Source of the DNA: Nitrospirales bacterium
Lineage (GTDB): Bacteria; Nitrospirota; Nitrospiria; Nitrospirales; UBA8639
NCBI GenBank assembly: GCA_965223295.1
Contig: CBDCWC010000002.1
Coordinates: forward strand, 704,001 to 768,000
DNA: 64,000 nucleotides
Direction of reading: 5' to 3'
Position 1 is the first letter of the stretch, and each line of letters starts with the position of its first letter. The notes under the pieces were generated by a model. That model had not been told where the DNA came from, made no database searches, and saw nothing but the letters and a program-made list of their open reading frames with translations. The position numbers and the translations under genes are program-made. Positions 19,505 to 28,499 of the stretch are shown here, piece by piece.

Positions 19505-19518
19505 ATGACTCCTGAGGG

Positions 19519-19653
19519 CTATTCATCCGTCTCTTCATCTTTTTTCAATAGAACGGTTTTCACAACCACAAGAAAGACGATAATTAATACCACCACACCT
19601 AATGCCGCCAACACGCCAATGACGATGTCCCCAGTTCCCATTGGTTCGTCCAT
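19519..19653 (-). CDS. 44-aa single-pass membrane protein (not in the ORF track)
   Basis: GGAGG RBS; MDEPMGTGDIVIGVLAALGVVVLIIVFLVVVKTVLLKKDEETDE; fills the gap between the MFS gene and ribE. Confidence 0.7.
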   Translation of the reverse strand: MDEPMGTGDIVIGVLAALGVVVLIIVFLVVVKTVLLKKDEETDE

Positions 19654-19679
19654 AAGTCTTTTCCTCCATTCGGAAACCA

Positions 19680-20867
19680 TTATAGCATGGCCGGTTTCTT
19701 GATCCCTATCATCATGACGCCAAAATACACTGCTGTGATCAGTAATATCATGCCAATATAAAAGAACCCTTGACCATAGCCAAGCTGCTGAATGAGTAAT
19801 CCCGCCACCAATGGCCCACCGGCATGTCCGGTATCCATAATCGTTCCGCGCAATCCCATACCGGCACCAAGACTTTTTCCTTCTGACAAATCTGCGACTA
19901 ACGCGGTGGTTGAGGACGTCACGACCGCTTCTCCAAATCCGAAGGCACCCGCCACCAAGAGTAACAACCCATAGGCTTCAATATGAGGAATGCACATCAT
20001 CATAAAGGCACACAAACACAATCCGCCAACAATGAGCAGACGCCGGGAACTTCGATCGGATAGACGGCCCATGAACGGTTTTGCGATAAAGGACGTGAAG
20101 GCTTGGACGCCAAACAACACGCCAATCTCTGCAGCATTTAATCCAATTAAAAGGCCATACAAAGGAAGGAAGGCCATGAGTGTCCCATTGCCCACCATTT
20201 TCGCAGCTTCAACCAAACTCGTCATGAGAATTGAAGTATTTTGACAAACACGCCGCAGGCCATCACGCATTTCTAGCCAGAGCGTCGCAAATGAATGTTG
20301 TGGAGAAGATCTAACGGCGGAAGAGGAAGGGATCAAATAAAAAAAGCCTACCGCCAACAAGCCAAACATTCCCGCTAGGATAAATGCGGGGATAAATCCA
20401 TATTCATAGACGATGAGCCCGCCAATCATCGGGCCTAGCAACCCACCACCTTGAGCCGCAGAAGTGTACCACCCAAACGCTTCACCACGCTGTTGTACAA
20501 ACCATTCACCAACCATCGCTAAGGCTAATGGTGTATACATGGCCGTGGCTAATCCATGAACCAAGCGCAGGGCTCCCAACGTGGACAAATCAGAAATAAA
20601 GGGATAGAAAAATGGCGGGATTGTAAACGCTAAGACTCCGCCTATCATTAACCGCTTCCGGTTTACGACATCTGACAGTATCCCCATGGGCAGTTTCAAA
20701 AATATTCCTGTGATAGTCGAAAGCGCGATCATCATTCCCACCATAAAAGGACTCGCTCCCAGGGAATCAGCCAGTAAGGCCAAAGCCGGACGACGCACCA
20801 TGTCGTAACTGACAAAACAACACAGTCCCACAAGACACAGGTAAATAAAAGAGCGTGAAGGCTTCAT
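19680..20867 (-). CDS. MFS transporter
   Basis: About 12 hydrophobic segments; motif A GILSDVVNRKR and GRLSDRSSRR. Confidence 0.9.
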   Translation of the reverse strand: MKPSRSFIYLCLVGLCCFVSYDMVRRPALALLADSLGASPFMVGMMIALSTITGIFLKLPMGILSDVVNRKRLMIGGVLAFTIPPFFYPFISDLSTLGALRLVHGLATAMYTPLALAMVGEWFVQQRGEAFGWYTSAAQGGGLLGPMIGGLIVYEYGFIPAFILAGMFGLLAVGFFYLIPSSSAVRSSPQHSFATLWLEMRDGLRRVCQNTSILMTSLVEAAKMVGNGTLMAFLPLYGLLIGLNAAEIGVLFGVQAFTSFIAKPFMGRLSDRSSRRLLIVGGLCLCAFMMMCIPHIEAYGLLLLVAGAFGFGEAVVTSSTTALVADLSEGKSLGAGMGLRGTIMDTGHAGGPLVAGLLIQQLGYGQGFFYIGMILLITAVYFGVMMIGIKKPAML

Positions 20868-20978
20868 ACAACGTTCAACGGTTGACGTCGCTCGGCAAAC
20901 CACTGTGTGGCAAATACTGAGAAAAGAGCAATGGAAGGCGGGACTGTATAGAGTAAGAGATTTCTACTTTCCCAGTTC

Positions 20979-21007
20979 AAGCTACCAATGGTCGTCGATA
21001 TAGTCAA
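20979..21007 (-). promoter_or_regulatory. sigma70-type promoter for MFS-small ORF-ribE
   Basis: TTGACT-17 bp-TAGCTT with extended TG on the minus strand. Confidence 0.5.
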
Positions 21008-21151
21008 CGAAAAGACTCCATCCGATCCTCTCCCGCATGAAACTTGTTCGTGTGACTCAACACAATCTTCATCATTCTGTGTCAAAAGTAAGAAGTGCTA
21101 TCGTTAAGATTTTAAGCCTGTTAAGGTGAACCGATCAGACCCGATTCACTT

Positions 21152-22456
21152 ATGACCCGTCAACTCCCCGAAGAACTCATTCTCCTCATTCATGTCCTCA
21201 AATGGCTGATCCTCGCAGCAGGGATTGGTGCGTGCGTGGGCCTCACAAGTACAGGCTTTGTCTTGTTCTTAAATCTTTTTATTAGCCAAATGCAAAGCGT
21301 GTCTTGGACGTTTTGGCTATTGCCCCTAGGCTTAGCGCTGTCAGCCTGGATTACCACCGCCCTAGTCCCGGAAGCCGGCGGGCAAGGCGTGGAACGAGTG
21401 ATCCGGGCAATCCATTTACAATCTGGAAAAATTTCATGGCAAGTCATCCCAGCCAAAATCGCCGCCACCATTCTCACAATCGGCAGCGGAGGGTCGGCAG
21501 GGAACGTGGGACCCTGTGTACAAATAGGCAGTGGGTTCGCTTCCCTGATCTCTGATATTCTTCAATTTGACGCACCAGATCGAAAGACATTGGTCATTTG
21601 CGGATTAAGTGCAGGCTTTGCATCTATCTTTGGTACTCCCCTCGCTGGAGCGTTTTTTGGGATCGAGGCCCTCTTTGTTGGCTCATTAACGTATCATGCT
21701 TTGTTTCCTTCCGTGGTCGCCGCTATGGTCGGCTCCATAACCGCACAATTTGCTGGAATGCCAGCCATGGGGTTTGTGGCCTCAGCCTTTCCGATCATGG
21801 ATGGCACGCTTTTATTACTGGCCTTATTGGGAGGCATGATTTTTGGCCTTTGCTCACTAGTGCTTGTTGAATGTCTTAACGGCGCTAAGCGGCTAACCTA
21901 TTATTTGCCGGTTTCACCTTTCCTCCAAGGTGCTATTGGAGGAGCTCTCCTCTTTGGGATCACCTGGCTTGCTTCGCCGGAAGTCCTCGGATTGGGGAAG
22001 GAGACGATTCAACGAGCGTTGGAAGGAGGCTCGATTGCCTGGGGCTTGGTATTGGGAAAAATCCTGACCACAACCCTGACACTGAATACCGGTGGGAGCG
22101 GCGGGATTGTTTTACCGATATGTTTTGTTGGAGCAACGGCAGGGTCTGCACTTGGATGGGCTCTCGGTCAAGATCCCAGTCTGTTTGCCGCGTTAGGATT
22201 GGCGGCACTCTTAGCCGGTTCCATTAACACACCTGTGACAGCGGTTCTGTTGGGGCTCGAATTATTTGGGATGGCGAGCGGACCCTACCTCTTACTGAAT
22301 TGCACGATGGCCTTTTTACTCTCTGGGCATCGCAGTGCTATTCCAACTCAACTGCTGCAATTCCAAAAGGCTCCAGCATTGCAAGCACAAATCAATCAGG
22401 AAATTGGAAGTCTTGAGAGAAGAAAGTCAGACACGTTCCAGGATGGAAACACATAA
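21152..22456 (+). CDS. CLC-family chloride channel/transporter, atypical signature residues
   Basis: PEAGGQG, GGSAGNVGP, FGTPLAGAFFGIE, GGSGGIVLP, NTPVTAVLLGLELFG. Confidence 0.9.
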   Translation: MTRQLPEELILLIHVLKWLILAAGIGACVGLTSTGFVLFLNLFISQMQSVSWTFWLLPLGLALSAWITTALVPEAGGQGVERVIRAIHLQSGKISWQVIPAKIAATILTIGSGGSAGNVGPCVQIGSGFASLISDILQFDAPDRKTLVICGLSAGFASIFGTPLAGAFFGIEALFVGSLTYHALFPSVVAAMVGSITAQFAGMPAMGFVASAFPIMDGTLLLLALLGGMIFGLCSLVLVECLNGAKRLTYYLPVSPFLQGAIGGALLFGITWLASPEVLGLGKETIQRALEGGSIAWGLVLGKILTTTLTLNTGGSGGIVLPICFVGATAGSALGWALGQDPSLFAALGLAALLAGSINTPVTAVLLGLELFGMASGPYLLLNCTMAFLLSGHRSAIPTQLLQFQKAPALQAQINQEIGSLERRKSDTFQDGNT

Positions 22457-22584
22457 ACCGGAAGGGAAAACGACGGCCTATACCTTTCGCGAATCTGAAA
22501 CCTCTTCTTTAGGTTTCAAACAACGCCGCACGAACCACATGAATCCCATAAACAAGTGAGAAGACTCCCGTCTGATGAAAACAA

Positions 22585-22917
22585 TTAGGAAAGAGCATCC
22601 TGCTCGGTTGGACAAATCACAATCAGATCATGAAGTTGTAAATTTTTCACCAAGTCCCCAACAAAACCTTGAGGTTCAATCCAGGAAATTTTGCGTCCCA
22701 GGTCTTTGAATTGTTGCGAACACAATATGAGAAATCCCAGACCTGCACTGTCCACAAATGTTAATCCTTGCAGATTAAGAATCAGATGTTCAAATTCGGT
22801 CTGGCAACATTGATTAATGATCGCTTTCATATGCCATCGGGAATGCATATCCAACCGGCCATGAAAGTCTACCACCGTGGCCCCTGGACAACCTCGTACA
22901 ATTACATCTATCGCCAT
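22585..22917 (-). CDS. STAS domain protein (anti-sigma-factor antagonist)
   Basis: GRLD...LILNLQGLTFVDSAGLG. Confidence 0.85.
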   Translation of the reverse strand: MAIDVIVRGCPGATVVDFHGRLDMHSRWHMKAIINQCCQTEFEHLILNLQGLTFVDSAGLGFLILCSQQFKDLGRKISWIEPQGFVGDLVKNLQLHDLIVICPTEQDALS

Positions 22918-23144
22918 GATCTTATGAATCTTATCGGCTTCCTGAGAAGAAGCTTGACAGTTTTTCGTATACATTGGTGGTTCACTTCTCTTGTACCAAC
23001 ACATCGTCATCTGCGGGATATTTCACCTGTTATCCCGATTTTTATAGTTTTACCTATATAGAGACACATTAGGAGGGGCTGTTGAATACTGATGATATTA
23101 ACGGCCAAATTTTCATCTCTGCGACGTCACATGTCAGAAGCCTC

Positions 23145-23264
23145 GGGTCTGTTCAAAAAGGTTCGTTCAGCAAGGCCGCAGCCATTCTTGCGCACGGAGC
23201 GTACTGATTATGTGAGCAAGGAAAAAGGGCGAGAACGCCGGTGACGGCTATTTTCAAAAGACCC
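23145..23264. mobile_element. MITE-like non-coding element (120 bp)
   Basis: Imperfect terminal inverted repeats GGGTCTGTTCAAAAAG / TATTTTCAAAAGACCC; no ORF. Confidence 0.6.
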
Positions 23265-23268
23265 GTTA

Positions 23269-25167
23269 GTGTTTTTTCCGATCACTCCTGATACAATTTT
23301 ATTGTCCATGCCGCCTGCCATTCATCCGATTGACCTCATTGAAATCCTTCGTGAGCACCAGTTAACTCCCGCCATTATCTTTTTGACTTCTCGACGCGGA
23401 TGCGACGAGGCTATCGACACCTTTCTCCATACGTCAGCGGGTATCTCAGCTTCTCATTCCGTAGCCATTCAGACATTTTTTGAACAATTTTCTCAAGAAT
23501 TCCCAAGTATCGCGGATCATCCCCTCATCCCTGTCGTGCAGGAATATGGCGTAGCCGCCCATCATGCAGGACATTTGCCTTCCTGGAAAATGGCTGTTGA
23601 AGAACTGATGCGGCGAGGGCTTCTAGATGCGGTGTTTGCCACCACCACTCTCGCCGCTGGTGTAGATTTCCCCGCCCGAACCGTAGTTGTGAGTCAATCC
23701 AGTGTCCGTAAGTCACAAGATTTTACAGATTTAACGGTCAGCGAAATTCAGCAGTTAGCTGGGCGAGGAGGACGCCGGGGAAAAGACTTTGTGGGATTTG
23801 TCGTCATTACCCCATCGCCATACATCGATTTGCATGTGTTAGGCAAGGGCCTCACGGGCCATCCTGAAGCCATTGATAGTCAATTTTTGGTCTCCTACCC
23901 TATGGTCTTGAATCTCCTCAAGGCTCATACAGTGGATCAAATCGAAGGACTGTTGGCCAAAAGTTTTGCACAGTTTCAACTGAATCAACGCGCCACGGTT
24001 CACCAAGATCGGTTGGATGACATAAACGAACAACTTGTGCCCTATGGTCCCAGAGAATGTGCGGATTGGGTGGCACAATGGAAAGTGTTCGATTTGGCCC
24101 GCCGCCGCAAAGCTCATCGCCGGCCAGTCCTGCATACTGATACACCCTATCTCAAGGCCTCTTTGCCATTCCTGACTCCAGGCCGCCTCGTTGCCTTGGC
24201 CAAAGGTCCCGCCATTATTCTTCGCCAATATCGAAGCCGCGGCACAGGCACCCCAATGTTGTCCGTCCTCCATGCAAAGGGGACCATTGGGGAATGCCAG
24301 GCACAACGCGTGGCACAGATCTACGATCAGGTGTATGACTTTCAACCCATTCGGACTTTACCGTGGTGTCCACCTCGCACTCTGCATCATTTTAAAACCG
24401 TCTTGACTCAATTGCCGTCCAGGCTGCCGACCGTGCCGATTTTTGAAGCCAAGCAAGACATGGAAGATCCGATGTTAACCGCTGTGCTCACAGATGAATT
24501 TGCCTGTCCGTCCTGCCCCTCACATGCCGCATGCAAGAAAGATTTCCCCCTCGCCTCACGCCTACGACTAAAAGCCCAACAACTCACGAAAACGATTCAG
24601 GCTTTACGTGATGGTCTGTGGCATCAATTTCAACAAAAGGGTGATGTGCTCCATAAATTTGACTACATCACTGCAAGCCTGCAATTAACACAAGACGGCG
24701 AATGGGCTCGTCTCATTCGCATTAACCATTCCCTGTTGATCACCGAACTCATTCGGATGGAGGCATTTTCCGGCGTAACGCCAGCTCTTCTGGCAGGAGT
24801 GATGGCAAGTATCGCCCATGACGATGATCGCCCTAGTTCCTATATGCGCCTATCGGCTGGGATGAGTTCAATGCTTTCTCAAGTGAGGCAGGTCGCCGAT
24901 TCACTTCATGCCTATGAACCAGCTCCGCTCCTGCGATCAGATGTCGCCGCGATCGCGGAACGCTGGATTGGACAGACCGATCTCAGTTGGACTTCCCTGG
25001 TCAAGTCCACTTCAATGGCTGAAGGTGATGTCTATCGTCTTTTAGCCAGAACCTTGGAATTTCTTTCACAAATCTATGGGCTTAAAGCGACCCATCCAGG
25101 GTTGGCAGATTCCGCTCATGCAGCCATGGTGAATATGCGACGGGAAGTCTTGGCCGAATTACCCTAA
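23269..25167 (+). CDS. HelY/Ski2-like SF2 helicase, C-terminal half (RecA2 plus DSHCT); start may be ATG at 23308
   Basis: PAIIFLTSRRGCD, GVAAHHAGHLP, VFATTTLAAGVDFPARTVV, QQLAGRGGRRGKD, MAEGDVYR; no Walker A or B. Confidence 0.85.
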   Translation: MFFPITPDTILLSMPPAIHPIDLIEILREHQLTPAIIFLTSRRGCDEAIDTFLHTSAGISASHSVAIQTFFEQFSQEFPSIADHPLIPVVQEYGVAAHHAGHLPSWKMAVEELMRRGLLDAVFATTTLAAGVDFPARTVVVSQSSVRKSQDFTDLTVSEIQQLAGRGGRRGKDFVGFVVITPSPYIDLHVLGKGLTGHPEAIDSQFLVSYPMVLNLLKAHTVDQIEGLLAKSFAQFQLNQRATVHQDRLDDINEQLVPYGPRECADWVAQWKVFDLARRRKAHRRPVLHTDTPYLKASLPFLTPGRLVALAKGPAIILRQYRSRGTGTPMLSVLHAKGTIGECQAQRVAQIYDQVYDFQPIRTLPWCPPRTLHHFKTVLTQLPSRLPTVPIFEAKQDMEDPMLTAVLTDEFACPSCPSHAACKKDFPLASRLRLKAQQLTKTIQALRDGLWHQFQQKGDVLHKFDYITASLQLTQDGEWARLIRINHSLLITELIRMEAFSGVTPALLAGVMASIAHDDDRPSSYMRLSAGMSSMLSQVRQVADSLHAYEPAPLLRSDVAAIAERWIGQTDLSWTSLVKSTSMAEGDVYRLLARTLEFLSQIYGLKATHPGLADSAHAAMVNMRREVLAELP

Positions 25168-25186
25168 CTAAAAAAAAAGAGCACTG

Positions 25187-26224
25187 ATGAATGATGCCGA
25201 TCTACAGCGTGAATTAGCTTCTCTCCCTGTCAAGTATTTACATCAACTCGCGAAAGGGCATATCCATCGGCATTTTCGACTTGGCAAGCGTCGCCTTATT
25301 GACAATATTCTGGCTCTCCCTCCTGATCAAAAAATGGCCATCGCCAGCGCATTAGAACAGAGATCTCCCATCCCCAAAACATCTCCATCTGAGCCAACGA
25401 CAGAAGAGGATCATACACTTTTTTACCCTCAACCTCGCTCGAAAAAAAGATCCCACCATCTCAAAGCCACATCTCCAGTCGTTGAACTGCCTGAGCTTCT
25501 TGACGGAATAGGAGTACCAGAACCCAAACCATTTGTTCCCGATCCTTGGCAGCAAGAGGCTGTGGAATCCATTGCTCAGACCGACGTCATTGTCAGTGCG
25601 CCAACAGGAAGCGGAAAAACTTATGTCGCACTTGAAGCCATCAAACAAGCGATGGCTGCGAATCAAACCGTGATCTACACCTCTCCACTCAAAGCACTTT
25701 CCAATACAAAATATATGGAATTCTCGCAATGCTTTGGATCTGATCAAGTGGGCATTCTGACAGGAGATCGGCGAGACAACGCACAAGCCCCGCTTCTGGT
25801 CATGACAACCGAAATTCTAAGAAACGTCCTCTATGACTCGGCCAGCGGAGATCTTGACCTTCGTCTTCATATGTTAGGATTAGTTATTCTTGATGAGTCG
25901 CAGTATTTAGCAGATCCGGAACGAGGAGTGGTGTGGGAAGAAACGCTTATTCTTTGTCCACCGCAAACTCGTTTGTTGTTGCTTTCTGCGTCAATCGGCA
26001 ATCCTCAGGAATTGGCTGAATGGTTGACCTCCATTCGTCCAACCCGGTGCCATCTCATTCGCCATACGACTCGATCTGTTCCTCTACGGGCACTCTATTT
26101 ACATCCCACAGGACAGCTTGTCCCTCTTCTCGACAAACGAGATATTCAGCAGCAAAAGAGCTATCGGTTTCACCCAGAAACCAAACGTTTATTTGCCCAT
26201 TATGAATTTAAATCTTCACGTTAA
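25187..26224 (+). CDS. HelY/Ski2-like SF2 helicase, N-terminal half (RecA1 DExH-type domain)
   Basis: PDPWQQEA, APTGSGKT, YTSPLKALSN, GILTGD, MTTEILRN, ILDESQYL, RGVVWEE, LSAS, RSVPL. Confidence 0.88.
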   Translation: MNDADLQRELASLPVKYLHQLAKGHIHRHFRLGKRRLIDNILALPPDQKMAIASALEQRSPIPKTSPSEPTTEEDHTLFYPQPRSKKRSHHLKATSPVVELPELLDGIGVPEPKPFVPDPWQQEAVESIAQTDVIVSAPTGSGKTYVALEAIKQAMAANQTVIYTSPLKALSNTKYMEFSQCFGSDQVGILTGDRRDNAQAPLLVMTTEILRNVLYDSASGDLDLRLHMLGLVILDESQYLADPERGVVWEETLILCPPQTRLLLLSASIGNPQELAEWLTSIRPTRCHLIRHTTRSVPLRALYLHPTGQLVPLLDKRDIQQQKSYRFHPETKRLFAHYEFKSSR

Positions 26225-26437
26225 TATTTCAACTTCCAACATCATCAGCCTGCGGCATTTATCGCACACCTTGTGGTATAGAAAAGACGACGCTAAGTCA
26301 GTAATCCCATAATATATTATTAACTATCTTATAAATACTTGATTTTCTTTTGATTTCATTTCAAGCATACAATTTGCTTAATTTTTAGGCTGACGTTTAA
26401 GTCAAGAGGATAAGAGTGCCAAAATTATTAAAATAAT

Positions 26438-26977
26438 ATGAAGTTTTATAAACCCCCAAAAATATTCAAAAAACAAGCTACAATGCTGGCTGGAATGGTG
26501 CTTCTGAGTTTCAGCATCATGGGCTGTCAGAGCTTTCAGCCAAAAAATCCTGGAGAACTTGCCCTGCAAAATGATGCGTTTATTAGCTTGTGGGATGAGT
26601 ATAATCATTGCGTAGTCGGCTCGAACATCGAGGCTATGCAAGAAAGCCTTAAGGTCTTACTTGCAGCTCCATCACCCATTTCGCTTGAGGACTCTCCCAT
26701 CCCTATTCCTGATTTCCTGAAAGGATTAACAAGCAGCAGGAATTCTCGTTTATCTGTTGACCCACGCGCTATGGCGGCCTCTTGCTCCATGCATCTTGCG
26801 GAATCTGCCCGTCAGTCATCGGACTGGCATACCGCTCTCTCCACATTACAATCCATCGTCAACAATTACCCTGAGCCCCAGTATGCCTTCTATGTGTCAA
26901 AGGCCACCCAAGCCATTGAACAATTTTCCTCTATCCAACCCGTCTCACTACAATCTTGGGACGCTTTCGTTCATTAA
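26438..26977 (+). CDS. hypothetical lipoprotein
   Basis: Lipobox IMGC after a basic/hydrophobic leader; C-terminal TPR-like helix pair. Confidence 0.65.
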   Translation: MKFYKPPKIFKKQATMLAGMVLLSFSIMGCQSFQPKNPGELALQNDAFISLWDEYNHCVVGSNIEAMQESLKVLLAAPSPISLEDSPIPIPDFLKGLTSSRNSRLSVDPRAMAASCSMHLAESARQSSDWHTALSTLQSIVNNYPEPQYAFYVSKATQAIEQFSSIQPVSLQSWDAFVH

Positions 26978-27013
26978 GCTTTCTATCTCCCTTTCCTCAC
27001 AATTCCCATTCCC

Positions 27014-28459
27014 TTGATCAATAGACGCCATGGTGCCAACACTGGCTTTGTTCAGGGACGAGTTGCGATGCAAGGTTCGCGCAGGCGTCCCATCCGCTGT
27101 GTCTCATACTATATGTCCTGGCTTATACCGATGCTCATCCTGTTCGCGCCTCCGGTGGTGGCCGAAGAGAGTGCTCCAAATTCGGCCGAAACTGAGAGAG
27201 AAGTCGCCTACGACCCTTATCGTGGCGTAGATGACGATGGCCGGATTCCTAAGATCGACAAGGCCGCTCTGGTCGAGAGGCCCGAACGTTGGCGTTACGT
27301 TCCCGAAGGACGACTCAAACCCGGCGGGTTCTTCCAGCGCTTCCTGGTCTCAAGCTTCCTCGTTCCAATCGTCTTCGCCAAATCCGATGTTGGAACTGGA
27401 TTAGGTGTGGCACTGACCGATATCGATTTTCGCGCCCAACGTCGTCGCGAATTCATGGGCGTGTTCCTCTCCTACACAACTGAGGGCCAACAGAGTTATG
27501 TGGTGCGTTGGCGACGCTGGCTCAAACATCTTGAAGTCTCCAGTGGTGGCATACTCCAGGAGGAACGCAGCTTCGTTAGCATGGGCGGTGGATATCGCAA
27601 GACCCTGACCCGCCGTTTCTTTGGGATCGGTCCGTCGACTAAAGAACGCGAGGAGACGAGCTTTACCGACCAAATGGCTTTTATTGACATAGGGCTATCC
27701 ACCTCTCTCGAGGACTCGTTCCAAGATGTCGTTCTCGAACTGGGTATACGAGGGGAACACCACAGGCTCAGCCGGGGACAGGTCGGGAATGCAGGACAAA
27801 CCAGCACCGAGTTTCCCGAGCTCTTTGCCGAGGCGGACCCTTATGGTCTCGGCTGGTTGGCTGCAGGCCTTCGCTGGGACACGAGGGATAGCCTGCGCAA
27901 CCCCTACCGCGGAACGGTCCTAGGAGCAAGGATCGATGCCGCGCTGCTTCAGAATAATTGGAACCGTGGGGCGATCTACAAACTCTTCGGCGACCAGTTG
28001 ATCCCCGTCCCGGGACTCTTTCACAGCGGAGGAGATGAGGAAGAAGAGCATCCGCCAACCGACACCATCGCGCTCCACGCCGAAAGTCAACTCAGCTCCG
28101 GCGACTTGCCGTTCTTCGCCCGGCCAACGCTCGGAGGCAATAAGGTGCTGCGCGGGTATATCGCTGGTCGATGGCGAGACGATGCGGCCTGGACAGCAGC
28201 GACGGAATATCGCTTCTGGGTCTTTCCCCGCGGTTTCACCGTCTGGCGGCATATTCGTGTTGAACGCCTCGGACTGGCGATCTTCTACGAAGTTGGGGGT
28301 GTCGCGGAGAACGGAATAGGCCTCTTCCAGGAACGCGTGCGCCAGAGCTACGGGATCAGCGGTCGTTTTACCCTAGAACGTGCCGCGATCTTTCGCGCCG
28401 ATTTCGGGTTCTCGGAAGATGGCTTCAATTTTTCTGCAGGTTTCGGCCTCCCCTTTTGA
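27014..28459 (+). CDS. Omp85/bacterial surface antigen-like beta-barrel outer membrane protein (true start probably about 27113-27128)
   Basis: WDTRDS, LGG-x3-LRGY-x2-GRW, EYRF, RADFG, C-terminal aromatic GFGLPF. Confidence 0.8.
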   Translation: MINRRHGANTGFVQGRVAMQGSRRRPIRCVSYYMSWLIPMLILFAPPVVAEESAPNSAETEREVAYDPYRGVDDDGRIPKIDKAALVERPERWRYVPEGRLKPGGFFQRFLVSSFLVPIVFAKSDVGTGLGVALTDIDFRAQRRREFMGVFLSYTTEGQQSYVVRWRRWLKHLEVSSGGILQEERSFVSMGGGYRKTLTRRFFGIGPSTKEREETSFTDQMAFIDIGLSTSLEDSFQDVVLELGIRGEHHRLSRGQVGNAGQTSTEFPELFAEADPYGLGWLAAGLRWDTRDSLRNPYRGTVLGARIDAALLQNNWNRGAIYKLFGDQLIPVPGLFHSGGDEEEEHPPTDTIALHAESQLSSGDLPFFARPTLGGNKVLRGYIAGRWRDDAAWTAATEYRFWVFPRGFTVWRHIRVERLGLAIFYEVGGVAENGIGLFQERVRQSYGISGRFTLERAAIFRADFGFSEDGFNFSAGFGLPF

Positions 28460-28499
28460 AAAAATTCGCGCTGCAGGAAAACTCTGTCTCCTCACGATA

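Noticed and set aside
23269-26224. Helicase pseudogene caused by a frameshift
   Set aside because: Domain order is reversed and both ORFs are long and motif-intact, which a simple indel cannot produce
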